Of a stretch of DNA of 64,000 bases, positions 10,031 through 19,842 are shown one piece after another. The DNA lies in contig JAYTGQ010000391.1 of NCBI GenBank assembly GCA_043733345.1, forward strand, positions 757 through 64,756, given 5' to 3'. Below the pieces are notes generated by a model. The model saw only the letters and a list, made by a program, of their open reading frames with translations. It was not told where the DNA came from and searched no databases. Origin of the DNA: Schlesneria sp. (GTDB taxonomy: Bacteria > Planctomycetota > Planctomycetia > Planctomycetales > Planctomycetaceae). The first letter of the stretch is position 1; every line of letters starts with the position of its first letter. The position numbers and the translations under genes were made by a program.

Positions 10031-10411
10031 TTAACTCTCGACTTTTCCTGTTCCTCGTTCCAAATGTGCTTTGAGTCCACTGAGCATTCTCGCGACTTCA
10101 TCTGCTTGCTGATAAATCCGGTCAAAGGTCTGTTTGGGGATGAAATCACGGCGTAGAGCAATGAATTGTTGCGAGACAACTTCCATGAGCGACCCATAGG
10201 CGATCTCGACAAATCTCCCGAAATCTCGATCCGAGGCTCTGCCCGATCCTTCGGCGATATTGGAGGACACTGAGACGGCCGCCCGGCGCATTTGACTCGT
10301 GAGACCAAACCGTTCATCCGATGGAAAGTGACTCGTGGCGTCGTAAACAGCATCTGCAAACTCAACGGCGCGATGCCACACGTCCAGCTTCTCGAACCGA
10401 AATCCACTCAT
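10031..10411 (-). CDS. Four helix bundle protein (23S rRNA IVS / S23-like family)
   Basis: FEKLDVWHRA...FPSDERFGLTSQMRRAAVSVSSNIAEGSGR...FVEIAYGSLMEV signature. Confidence 0.92.
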   Translation of the reverse strand: MSGFRFEKLDVWHRAVEFADAVYDATSHFPSDERFGLTSQMRRAAVSVSSNIAEGSGRASDRDFGRFVEIAYGSLMEVVSQQFIALRRDFIPKQTFDRIYQQADEVARMLSGLKAHLERGTGKVES

Positions 10412-10603
10412 GGCAAGTGCCCTTTGCTAGCAGGAATCGAGCGAGAAGAGTGGAGCGTCATGAGTCAGAAACGAGAGGGCACGCATCCTCGCACAGTCTC
10501 GCTTTAATTCCCCAACTCCATCTCGGACTCTGGTCTCATTGAATTCCACTCCCGACCTCTTCTCTGGCTCTTGTCTCTAATCTCTCTTCTCTCGACCCTC
10601 CCC

Positions 10604-11767
10604 TTACTGACTGGCCGATTTCGTGCCGCTGGGTGAACCCGCGATGGGGACGCCGTTCGGAAGCGGACGGGCTGCGACGGGGAAACCTTGTTCGTGGGCG
10701 AAGGCTTGGAGTTTGCGATAGATCGGGAAGCTGTCGGGATAGACCCAGAAGGTCAGCGTCGTGTCGGGGTCTGCACCGAGCAGTGATTCGTAAAAACGGG
10801 AGCCTTGTGAGAGGGCGACTTGCTCGGACTCGCCCTTCAAATCCGGCTCAGGAACGACTTCCCAAGAAGAGACACTGACGCGGTAGCCCCCCTGCCCGGC
10901 ACGCAAGTCTTCGAGTCCACTCAACATTTCAACTCGCACGAGGTAGCTCATGTTGAACCCGGCGAACGGGCCGACCTGCCCCTGATGCGAGCGGGTGCGA
11001 GTCAGCCAGTCCTTGCGGCGTTCAATCTGGTCCTTCAGCTTCACAACCAAGACTTCGATCGGGACTTCGGCCACGCGGTTCTTGTCGAGCCGGTAATGCT
11101 TCTCTTTCCCGGAAACGGTGCGGCTGATGGGCGTGATGTGATGCTTCAACGCTTCGACCGGCGGCGTCTTTTCTTCCAGAGCCTTCACCTGTGCCAAGAG
11201 CCGCGCCAAGGTTTGTTTTGCCAACCGGAGGTCGGACAACTGTTCGGATGTTTGCTGTTTGGAAGCGTTCAGATCGAGCTGCCTCGTGGCGAGCAGATCA
11301 CGCGCGGTTTGGACTCGCTCGTTCAGTTCCGTCTGCTGTCGATGCTGGGCCGTCAATGTGTTGGCGAGATTCGCGTGGTCTCGTCGCAGGGCGGCAAGTT
11401 CGGCGTCGAGCTGCCGCGCCCGCTCGACCATCTCCTGTGGCGGAGCCAACTCGGGGAGTCGTAAAGGTTCGAGTTCCGGTTCCGGCTCCAGTTCGAGCAG
11501 TGGTGGCGTTAAGTCGGGTTCGATCGCGGCCAACTCGGGTGCGGTCGCTGCCTCCGGTGAAGCGACCTCAGCCAGAACCGGCGGTAAATCCAAGGGTGAA
11601 TCCAACGACGCGGCAACGCTCTCGGGCGCTGGGTTCGGTTTCAGCGGCGGGCGTGTGCGGACTCCCGCAATCACGATCAGGACGATCAAAATGCCGACGA
11701 CATTACAGATCACGTCCAAGAACGAACTGGAACTGAACTCTTCTTCTTCACGATGACGACGGCTCAT
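10604..11767 (-). CDS. ExbD/TolR-like single-TM protein with Pro-rich linker and coiled coil
   Basis: N-terminal SFLDVICNVVGILIVLIV with intramembrane Asp; coiled coil; C-terminal TLTFWVYPDSF domain; overlaps upstream gene by 4 bp. Confidence 0.65.
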   Translation of the reverse strand: MSRRHREEEEFSSSSFLDVICNVVGILIVLIVIAGVRTRPPLKPNPAPESVAASLDSPLDLPPVLAEVASPEAATAPELAAIEPDLTPPLLELEPEPELEPLRLPELAPPQEMVERARQLDAELAALRRDHANLANTLTAQHRQQTELNERVQTARDLLATRQLDLNASKQQTSEQLSDLRLAKQTLARLLAQVKALEEKTPPVEALKHHITPISRTVSGKEKHYRLDKNRVAEVPIEVLVVKLKDQIERRKDWLTRTRSHQGQVGPFAGFNMSYLVRVEMLSGLEDLRAGQGGYRVSVSSWEVVPEPDLKGESEQVALSQGSRFYESLLGADPDTTLTFWVYPDSFPIYRKLQAFAHEQGFPVAARPLPNGVPIAGSPSGTKSASQ

Positions 11768-13956
11768 GGTGCCCCTCCCCGTGAAACGCGCAAGGGCTTT
11801 GATGCGGGAGGAGTCGTGGCCGAACCGGTCGTGGCCGCAGTGCCGGTCTTGTCAGCGGTGTCCGGCGCGTACTCTTTCGACGTGGAGAGTCCTGACCGTT
11901 CGGTGAGCGCGCGGGCTTGCTCGTAGTTCGGGTTTCCGTCTTTGGCGACGACGAATCGCAGGCTGGGCTTCCAGAAGAAACCTTGCGGCGGCTGCCCCCA
12001 GTCGCGCGCTTGCAGGTCGAGGACCGTCACCAGTCGCTCCAGCGTTTCCTGCTTGGACTCGCCGTCGCCCATGTGGATGGCGTGCTTGCCGCCCACGACG
12101 AGCCGCTTCGATTCCACGTCGATGCGCACTTCGCGTTCGAGGCCGATGGCGGCGTCAGCGGCCGAAAGTCCCCACCGTTTGTGCGAGAGCATTTCGGGTT
12201 CAATTGGCTTGTTGAGAGCAGACTTCTTCGAGCGGCGGTCGATCACGGGGACCGCCATTGGTCCCGTCGAACCCAGTCCAATGTCTAGGGGTGCTTCGCC
12301 GCGATCAGCTCCGACAGCAGCACCGGTCGCGGAGTCGGCGTCGCTCTCCTCCGCGAGCCGTTCGATGCCGGAGTCGCCGGGCGGGGGCGAGTTGCCAGAT
12401 GCTTCTTTGCCGGACGCTTGGCGATTTGGTTCGGACGCACCCCGTCGTCCCACATTGCCGTCGCCCGAAACAGACCGCCGAACACCCGAATCAGAACCGT
12501 TTGCAGCAGACTCATACTCATCTCCTTCTGTAATGCGTTGCCCGGGAGCCAGCCCGTTCATTCCCTTGGCAACGGACTGTGGACCGCCCTGTCCTGTTGA
12601 ACGCGGATTCCTGCCCGCGAAATTCTCGATCCGTTCCCAACTGCGTGACCCGACATCGTGGTCGTCGCCAGTCACGTCGGTGAGTTCAAAGCGATTTGTC
12701 GAAGCACTACGAACGGTGGCTTCACCCGGACCTCCGGCGCTTCCGGTGGCTCCCGATCCGCCCTGACTCACCGACCCACCGGTGCCGCGCGATCCATTGC
12801 GGAAAGCATCGCTGCCGGAGCCGCCGCCTCGCAGAAAACTGCCCACACCAGATCGCTTCGACGCGAACTCCTTGATCTGCGCCCGCTCGGCAAGCAGACG
12901 TTTGATAGCCGCTTCACACGCGGCTTTGGCGGCGAGATCGACCGGTGGTTGTTGAAGCTGTGTGTCCTCTTCGATCAATTCGTAACCGTGCGGTTGCTGG
13001 AGTGTCGCCAACATTTTGATGGCGATGTAGTACGCGACCGTGCCACTCGGGCGAACGAGCATCAGCACGTAAGGCTCGGGTTGGCGGGCCGGTTGAGGTT
13101 GCTTGAGGTTCCACGCGGTCCAGTAACTGACGAGCGCGTTCGATCCCGCCAACAACGGGTTGACGCGCGCCGTGAAGCCTTCGAGATCGTCCGGTCGAAT
13201 CACGATGTCTTCGGGAAGAAACCGCAGTCCGTCCGCCGTGCATTCAATCAGGATCGGACGCCGCGACGTTCCCGACTGCGCATCGAACGGGACCACCATG
13301 AACTTGCTCTCGCCCCCGGCGGCGGTGGCCTGCGCCGCCTTGAGCCGCCTTTGAACTGCGGCAATCTGTTGTTCGATCGCCTGGCGTTCCTGCGAGGTCG
13401 AATCGCCTCCAGTCGAATTCAAAAGCTCGCGAGTCAGCCCGCCGAGCTTCGCCTCCAGTCCCTGCGCTTCGTCTTGCAACGTGGCAACCTGCCGTGCAGC
13501 GACTTCCTTTAAGCGGCGGCGTTGTTCGAGTGACTTCGCGTGTTGATCGCGTGCTTGAGTGAGTGCGCCCGTTTTCTGATGCCACTCCGCCAACAACTCA
13601 TGGAGTTCCTGTTCGCGCTGAGCCAGTGCGGCCGCACGTTCGGCGAGCACTCTGTCGCGCGGATTGATCGCCGGTTCGGAAGATTCGAGGGCGAGCGGCT
13701 CCGGTTCTGCTTCAGGCTGCGCGGGAATCATGATCGAAGTGACTGACGGTGGCGCGGCCAATCGTGGAGGCTCAACAGACATGCGCGGAGGAGGAGGATT
13801 CTTCAGTTCTGCGAGAACCTGCGCGAGCGAATCTTTGCGGAGCTGCCGTGTTGTGACCACCATCAACATCAGGATCAGCGCGCCCATCGTGCAAATGAGG
13901 ATGTCCAGAAAGGCAAACAGATTGACCGACGGCGAACTCTGGGATCTGTGACGCAT
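11764..13956 (-). CDS. Large ExbD/TolR-like single-TM protein with coiled coil and low-complexity insert
   Basis: N-terminal NLFAFLDILICTMGALILMLMVV (ExbD-like Asp), coiled coil, PYVLMLVRPSG domain, Gly/Ser-rich insert, second small C-terminal domain. Confidence 0.65.
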   Translation of the reverse strand: MRHRSQSSPSVNLFAFLDILICTMGALILMLMVVTTRQLRKDSLAQVLAELKNPPPPRMSVEPPRLAAPPSVTSIMIPAQPEAEPEPLALESSEPAINPRDRVLAERAAALAQREQELHELLAEWHQKTGALTQARDQHAKSLEQRRRLKEVAARQVATLQDEAQGLEAKLGGLTRELLNSTGGDSTSQERQAIEQQIAAVQRRLKAAQATAAGGESKFMVVPFDAQSGTSRRPILIECTADGLRFLPEDIVIRPDDLEGFTARVNPLLAGSNALVSYWTAWNLKQPQPARQPEPYVLMLVRPSGTVAYYIAIKMLATLQQPHGYELIEEDTQLQQPPVDLAAKAACEAAIKRLLAERAQIKEFASKRSGVGSFLRGGGSGSDAFRNGSRGTGGSVSQGGSGATGSAGGPGEATVRSASTNRFELTDVTGDDHDVGSRSWERIENFAGRNPRSTGQGGPQSVAKGMNGLAPGQRITEGDEYESAANGSDSGVRRSVSGDGNVGRRGASEPNRQASGKEASGNSPPPGDSGIERLAEESDADSATGAAVGADRGEAPLDIGLGSTGPMAVPVIDRRSKKSALNKPIEPEMLSHKRWGLSAADAAIGLEREVRIDVESKRLVVGGKHAIHMGDGESKQETLERLVTVLDLQARDWGQPPQGFFWKPSLRFVVAKDGNPNYEQARALTERSGLSTSKEYAPDTADKTGTAATTGSATTPPASKPLRVSRGGAP

Positions 13957-14040
13957 CGGCGGATATCGCTTCCTAACAATTCACCGGCACCATCGGCCGA
14001 AAGGTTGGCGTCGTTTCATCCGGATTGCGCACTATGACTG

Positions 14041-14111
14041 ACTAGCCCGACGCGCAAGCGAGGGCTTCGCATTGATTTCACGCGAAGCCCTCGCTTGCGC
14101 GTCGGGCTAGT
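14041..14111. repeat. REP hairpin (CCCGxxGCGxxAGCGAGG family)
   Basis: Perfect 30-bp arms ACTAGCCCGACGCGCAAGCGAGGGCTTCGC; relatives at 26506-26568, ~34211-34283, ~61352-61414 and 62865-62928. Confidence 0.85.
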
Positions 14112-14483
14112 TGCATGACACGCTGTTCCGAAACGGTCGGGGCGTTGCCCACGCGGTGATACGAACCAACGGGTCCGATCACGAGACGACATCGCCTCGC
14201 ACAGACTTTCCGACCGACATGACCGTTACAATCGTCACAGTTTGCCATCTGAGTTGAGACGAAATCCGCTTCAACGGGGGATGGCCGCATTCGCGATCAC
14301 TGTTTCACAGAAGTCTCGGCAGAAGTCTGGTTTGCGAACCCCTGTCTCAGTCACGTATCCTCTTCGCCGCCCGAGACCTCGCAGCGGTGAAACGTTGTGA
14401 CTACTGGTTCTGCATGACGGGCTAATGCCGGACAGCGAGTTCTTTTCCCGCGAGCGAACTCGCCCCACAGGAGGGTTGGTCCT

Positions 14484-17400
14484 TTGAATCTCAATCCGAA
14501 CGATGCTGCGATTGCCCAAGAGATCCTCGGCTATCTGAACTTTTCAGGCGGCCGATCCGACCCGAAGTTTCAAAAGAATCTCGACCTGCTGCGGCAGAGT
14601 TTGCCGTTTGCAGACTTCGTGTCCGGCTTGCGTCAAATGCTGGCGAATCTGCACCAGACCTCAGCCGCGTTCTCTGACATTTCTCAGGCCGAGCAAGTCC
14701 TTTCGTTGGCTCTCGACAAGACGCTGCCTCAATATCGCGAGCATCACCGCGACCTGCTGTTCCACTTGCAGCCCGAAGAGCTTCAACAGCCGTTCTTCTT
14801 GGCGAAGGTGTTTGAAGCGGTTCTCGAACAGGGCGGGCCGTGGGACGAAGCCGACCGGATCGTGGCGGGGGCGATCGACCGACTGAACGATTTCGTGGGC
14901 TATCGTCCGATCGCCATTTTGGAAAACGGTCGCAAATGTGAACCGTACGCGCACGAGCGGTTTCGTCCGCTGCCGATCTATCTGCGCGGAGCGGGCGTGG
15001 TGAGCGGCAAGTATCACGCACTCATCACGCGCGTGTTGGAACTGCTGCGTGAGATGCCGCGCGAGATGCTCGCCGATGCGTATTTCGATCTCGACAATCT
15101 CGATGAACTGGCGATCGATCTGCGTGCCCACGATCACATTCATCCGGCGAACAAGCGAACCAATTATTTGTTCGGTGAGTGGGATCCGCATCAGATCGAC
15201 TTGAAGGGAAACTATCGCCGCTTCGTCGTTCGCAAAGTGATTCTCGACGCACTGCTCGATTGGGCCGCCTCGCAAAAGCGGGTCGATCCGGACGAGACGC
15301 TGTTCGATATCTCCGCCGTTTTGTGCGGAACGATTCTGATGGCGTCGGCCATCAGCGGGTACGGTCCCGAATGTCACGACTCCAGCGTCACGCTGACCTC
15401 GCTACTGCCGAAGGTCGCCCGCCAGCGCGACGAGTTCTATTCGCAGCTCTCCAACTCGGCGTCGGGGGCGCGAGCCAAACGACTCGCCCGACATGCCAAA
15501 ACGACGCGGCAACCCTTCGGCCATGTGCGGCAATCGTTGAACATGTTTCTCGCGCAGTACGGCGCCCAGCAAGTGCAACGGCGTCAGTTGGCGTACCTGT
15601 TCGCACGCATGGGCTATGCCGAAGCGAGCCTTCGCCAGGCCGAAGTCATTCCGTGCGCCTCGGCTCGGTTCGAGTGCGAAGTTCTCTGCCGTGTTCACTC
15701 TGCGCGGCGCATCGTCGAGCAGAAGCAGATCGCGGAAGCCTTCGTGTTGCTGCAAGAGGCGGAAGACTTTTTGCATCGCGGCATCAATTGCGGGGCGCTG
15801 GTTGATCCGTGGAACGTACTCGGTTTTCAGGGCCTCTTCCCACTGTTCATCTCGCGTGAAGACAGTGTTCCCGATCAACGAATCGAGATGCTGTACCACA
15901 TCATGGAAGCGTTGCTCGACGCTTATTCGCGCGCGTTGGAGGAATCGGCCGCGCGCGGTGAAAAGGCTCTCGAACTGGCGATCTCGCAACGATACGAAAA
16001 GCTTGCCGAATTCTGGGACCGGTTCGGAACCTTGACCGTCCATGACTTGCCGCGCGTCGCCGCGCGCGAACACCTCGATTCGGCCGAACACGTCGCCAAA
16101 GCCCTTGCCGACTGGCGGGCCGCCGGTGAATCGGCCGGTGACATGCTGTTCTGGCGCGCTCACGTCGATCAGTTCCAATCGGCGAAGGCGTACGCGCAGG
16201 TCGTGTCGGCATTACTGGAACGGCACGATCGCATCGCCGCGTTGGGGCTGCTCATGCAGTGGCTCAGTCAGCATGAAACGGTGGGCCTCGAGTCGGGGCA
16301 TCTGTCGTTCGAGGATCTGCTGTTGTGGTGGATGGGTCAGGCAGTGGAAGACGGTTCGACGGCCAAGGACGATCCGTGGCCGCTGGTGCGCCGCATGTTC
16401 GATTACCTCGAAGCGAACGCCGGTGAAATGTGGTCGGCACCGGTTTACCGGGCGGGAACGGTCGATGGCGAATTGGGCACGGCATCCGACTGGCCTGAAG
16501 CAGATGGCGGTCGTCCGGATGCGATGGATGACGAGGAAGATGAACAGGGACTCTTCGGCGCGGCCTACGACAACATGGTCTTCCACGACAGTTCGGACGA
16601 CGGTCAGGAAGGGGCGACGATGGATGACGGCCCCAAACTCGATGGCGACACGCAGTTCGAGCTGGTTGAAAAGCAATTGGAGCCACGACTGAAGTTCCTC
16701 CGCGTGCTGGCTCAACTGTGGCAGATGGCCGCGACGCTGGCGGTCGAACGCGAAGATCGAGCGGCGCTCGATGATTCCAAGGAAGGCCGTGCGGCACGGC
16801 TCGCGCAGACCGAGTCTCTCAAACACTGGCTCGAACACTCGGTGCATCTCCAAACCGATCTCATGCGACTGACGGACGATCTCTGGAAGGGAGACATCGG
16901 CGAATCGAGTGGAGAACACGATGCGAACGTCGAGTACGACAGCCAGTTGCAGACGAAGCTCTTTCTCGTCCAGATGTCACTGACGACTTGGCTCAGTTTC
17001 CGCTCGGCGCAGTGGTGCTTGGCCTGTGCGCTGTCGCCGGAAGATCAGTCGGTGCGTAATTCGGCTGAGGAAGTCCGGATCATCGACATGTATCGCGGCA
17101 TCATGCGTCGCGATGAGGAAGAAGTGCGTCGAGTCCTCCCCGGTTTGCTGCGATCGCTGCAAAGCAAGCCGCTGCTCTACGTGCCGCTCGAACATGGGGG
17201 CGAGCCGAAACAGATTCTCACTGCCCGCTCGATGCAAATGCTGGTGAAGTTCCTGCTCGCACATCTACCCCAATTGGGCCTCTTGCGTGAGACGTGGCAT
17301 CTGCTGCGAACCGCTCAGAAAATGGAGCGAGGTTCGCGACCGCGCGGCATGGCCGTCACCGAGTTCGATCGCCTGTTCCGCATCGCGCTCCGCAATACGC

Positions 17401-18452
17401 TCGAATGTGTTGTGCGGGCGTCGGAGGATTGGAAGGGGGGCCGCTTCAGCGACGAAGACCTGATCGAAATCGTCGGTGAGATCGTCGAGCTGTATCTGGA
17501 CCAATGGCTCGAACACAGCAGCACGATGCGGTTGTCGTCGGTCGAGGCACTGAAGGTCGATGAGGTCTGGGATGACACCGCCAAGTTCGTGAAGAAGTAT
17601 GGCTCTGACATTCTGAACGCCCGAGTTCTGACGCTCGGCAACGTGCGCGCGATCCTGCACAGCGGCGTCTCGAAATTCCTGGAGTACCTCGAACAGAACG
17701 AAGACCCGTTCCGACCGATCCGCCTGCTGAATGACCTACGCAACGGCACGGTGGATCGCGATGAGGCGGCGGAACAACTGCATTTGATCTACCAAGTCGT
17801 CGTCGAAAAATTCGACCGTTTCCTCGAATACAACACGACCACCACGCAGTCCGATTACGGCGAGCAGTTCTTCAGTCTGCTCGACTTTCTCAGGCTGGAG
17901 ACCGCCTACGATCGCGATGCGTGGAACCTGTTGCCGGTCGCCGTCGCGCATGAAGTTCTCGCGCGGCAGGGCAAGCCCGAAGCAGCCGTCATCTGGGAAG
18001 ATGTCTTCGCGGTGAAGACCGAAGACATGGCCGACTCACACCTCGAAGGCTTGGAGTCGCTGCAAAAGAAGTACGGGATGAAGCTGCTCTCCATCTCGAA
18101 CCATTTGCAGGAGCGGTTCGTCAAACCACTGGCCGTCAATCACATGCTCGCGCGGATTCGCCCGGCCTGTGAAGATGCAGATCAGGGTCGAGGCAATTCG
18201 CCGTCGTTCCTCGCGCTGCAGGCGGGTGTCGAGGAATACCTCCGCACGACCTCGGGGTCGGGGCTGGATGTCCCCGTCTGGCTCAAGACGCTGGAAGACG
18301 AACTGAATCGAGTCCACGAATCGGGCGACCAACCGAACCCCGATGCCGAGCCACAACTGCGACTCCCCGTCCCGTCGATCACACTCAAGGACATCCGCCA
18401 GCAACTGAAGCAATGGAAGGAACCGCCCGGCAACCGCAAAGGCAAGGCGTGA
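14484..18452 (+). CDS. Large hypothetical protein (1322 aa, mostly helical)
   Basis: Long uninterrupted ORF with host-like codon bias, TTG start, acidic linker DAMDDEEDEQ; no recognisable catalytic motif. Confidence 0.8.
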   Translation: MNLNPNDAAIAQEILGYLNFSGGRSDPKFQKNLDLLRQSLPFADFVSGLRQMLANLHQTSAAFSDISQAEQVLSLALDKTLPQYREHHRDLLFHLQPEELQQPFFLAKVFEAVLEQGGPWDEADRIVAGAIDRLNDFVGYRPIAILENGRKCEPYAHERFRPLPIYLRGAGVVSGKYHALITRVLELLREMPREMLADAYFDLDNLDELAIDLRAHDHIHPANKRTNYLFGEWDPHQIDLKGNYRRFVVRKVILDALLDWAASQKRVDPDETLFDISAVLCGTILMASAISGYGPECHDSSVTLTSLLPKVARQRDEFYSQLSNSASGARAKRLARHAKTTRQPFGHVRQSLNMFLAQYGAQQVQRRQLAYLFARMGYAEASLRQAEVIPCASARFECEVLCRVHSARRIVEQKQIAEAFVLLQEAEDFLHRGINCGALVDPWNVLGFQGLFPLFISREDSVPDQRIEMLYHIMEALLDAYSRALEESAARGEKALELAISQRYEKLAEFWDRFGTLTVHDLPRVAAREHLDSAEHVAKALADWRAAGESAGDMLFWRAHVDQFQSAKAYAQVVSALLERHDRIAALGLLMQWLSQHETVGLESGHLSFEDLLLWWMGQAVEDGSTAKDDPWPLVRRMFDYLEANAGEMWSAPVYRAGTVDGELGTASDWPEADGGRPDAMDDEEDEQGLFGAAYDNMVFHDSSDDGQEGATMDDGPKLDGDTQFELVEKQLEPRLKFLRVLAQLWQMAATLAVEREDRAALDDSKEGRAARLAQTESLKHWLEHSVHLQTDLMRLTDDLWKGDIGESSGEHDANVEYDSQLQTKLFLVQMSLTTWLSFRSAQWCLACALSPEDQSVRNSAEEVRIIDMYRGIMRRDEEEVRRVLPGLLRSLQSKPLLYVPLEHGGEPKQILTARSMQMLVKFLLAHLPQLGLLRETWHLLRTAQKMERGSRPRGMAVTEFDRLFRIALRNTLECVVRASEDWKGGRFSDEDLIEIVGEIVELYLDQWLEHSSTMRLSSVEALKVDEVWDDTAKFVKKYGSDILNARVLTLGNVRAILHSGVSKFLEYLEQNEDPFRPIRLLNDLRNGTVDRDEAAEQLHLIYQVVVEKFDRFLEYNTTTTQSDYGEQFFSLLDFLRLETAYDRDAWNLLPVAVAHEVLARQGKPEAAVIWEDVFAVKTEDMADSHLEGLESLQKKYGMKLLSISNHLQERFVKPLAVNHMLARIRPACEDADQGRGNSPSFLALQAGVEEYLRTTSGSGLDVPVWLKTLEDELNRVHESGDQPNPDAEPQLRLPVPSITLKDIRQQLKQWKEPPGNRKGKA

Positions 18453-18527
18453 CTGCGATCACATTAGGGAACGCGGCCGCAATACTTCCCGAAGTGAAGC
18501 AGGCTGCTATCAGCCGCAGGGCGCTAG

Positions 18528-18646
18528 CAGCCTGTTGAAAAACGGCTGTCGGGAGGGCGAGGCTCCTGCCGAGCCGCGAGTAACAAGCGACTTTCCTCAC
18601 GCACACGGCTCGGCGGGAGCCTCGCCCTCCCTTTTTCAACAGGCTG
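18528..18646. mobile_element. MITE family M1 (119 bp) inserted in a REP hairpin
   Basis: TIR CAGCCTGTTGAAAA / TTTTCAACAGGCTG; flanks CTAG / TTAG; host hairpin ATCAGCCGCAGGGCGCTAG...CTAGCGCCCTGCGGCTGAT (~18509-18696). Confidence 0.85.
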
Positions 18647-19732
18647 TTAGCCCCGGTTTGTGTCATCCAAACCGGGGCTAGCGCCCTGCGGCTGATCGGG
18701 AAGGGAAGTTATTGTGCCGATCCCTACACGTTGGCTTGGTCGCGGTTTTCGGGCAATGCGATCTGCGATGGCCGTGTCCATCACCAGCTGTACGGCGTGG
18801 AAGAGCAGGATCGGAAACGTGATGAACGGCAGCGAGCGGCCTCCCGTCACGGCGGGCATGGCGGCGAGCAGCAGTCCGACCGGCAACGTCTTCTGACTGC
18901 CAGCGAACAGTGTCGCGATGGTGTCCTCGCGCGAGAGGCCAAGCCAGCGGCTCCCTCGATGCGCGATCAGCATCGCCAGTGCATGCAGTCCCGCGCACTC
19001 GATGGCCAACCGCGCGAAGTCGATCGCCGTCGGCCAGACTGCTTGAGCTTGCAGCCGCCCTCCCGCTTCAATCGCCGTCTTGGTGACGATCAGCAGGACC
19101 AAGCATTGCGCGACGATGCCAATTCCAAACTTGTGCGACACCGCGAAACGAAAAAGTTGCGGTACGAATCGCGCGAGCTGACCGAGGAGCGTCGGCAACA
19201 GCACCGTCAGCGCAAGGTTGCGGATGATCGGCACGGTATCGATTTGAGCAGCTTCGATCTCACCGCCAGCCGAGATCGCCCAGCGCAGCCACAGCGGCGT
19301 CAGGATGACTCCCACGAGATTTGTCAGCAGTGTGATGAGCAGCGATACCGCATCGTTGCCGCCGGCCTGCCGCGTGGAAACGGAAGCGGTCGCCAACGTG
19401 CAGGGGACCGCAGCGGCGATCATCAGTCCCAGCGACAGGTCGGCCAACGAATGAGTTCTCGCCAGCGGCCACGCCATCAATGGCAACAGCACAATATTGA
19501 CGACGGTTCCCCAAACGACCGGCCTCGGCGCGCGAAACGACTCGCGCAGCTTGCCGCTGTCCAGACTGAACGACATCAGAAACAGAATGGCCACCGTCGT
19601 GAGGGCCGGTTGCACGCGACCGGCCGTCGCCAGTCGCCAGCTCTCGGACGTGGACCAGCCCCACGTCATTCCGCCCGGCAGCAGCACGAGCAGCGCGACG
19701 AGAAACCACGACTTGGCCAGCCATCGTCCCAT
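18647..19732 (-). CDS. Bile acid:sodium symporter family (BASS) transporter
   Basis: About 9-10 TM; AVPCTLATASVSTRQAGGN and FAGSQKTLPVG motifs; start set at MGRWLAK. Confidence 0.85.
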   Translation of the reverse strand: MGRWLAKSWFLVALLVLLPGGMTWGWSTSESWRLATAGRVQPALTTVAILFLMSFSLDSGKLRESFRAPRPVVWGTVVNIVLLPLMAWPLARTHSLADLSLGLMIAAAVPCTLATASVSTRQAGGNDAVSLLITLLTNLVGVILTPLWLRWAISAGGEIEAAQIDTVPIIRNLALTVLLPTLLGQLARFVPQLFRFAVSHKFGIGIVAQCLVLLIVTKTAIEAGGRLQAQAVWPTAIDFARLAIECAGLHALAMLIAHRGSRWLGLSREDTIATLFAGSQKTLPVGLLLAAMPAVTGGRSLPFITFPILLFHAVQLVMDTAIADRIARKPRPSQRVGIGTITSLPDQPQGASPGLDDTNRG

Positions 19733-19842
19733 GAAAGTCTTTCGTAGGGTAAGCGTCTCGCTTGCCCGTCTTTGGCCTCTTCGGTCACATCTGTCCGTCA
19801 CGACCACATCCGTCCGGCAGCCGGGCAAGCGAGACGCTTACC

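Noticed and set aside
10031-10411. 23S rRNA intervening sequence
   Set aside because: The protein family fits, but no rRNA sequence flanks it; both neighbours are protein genes.
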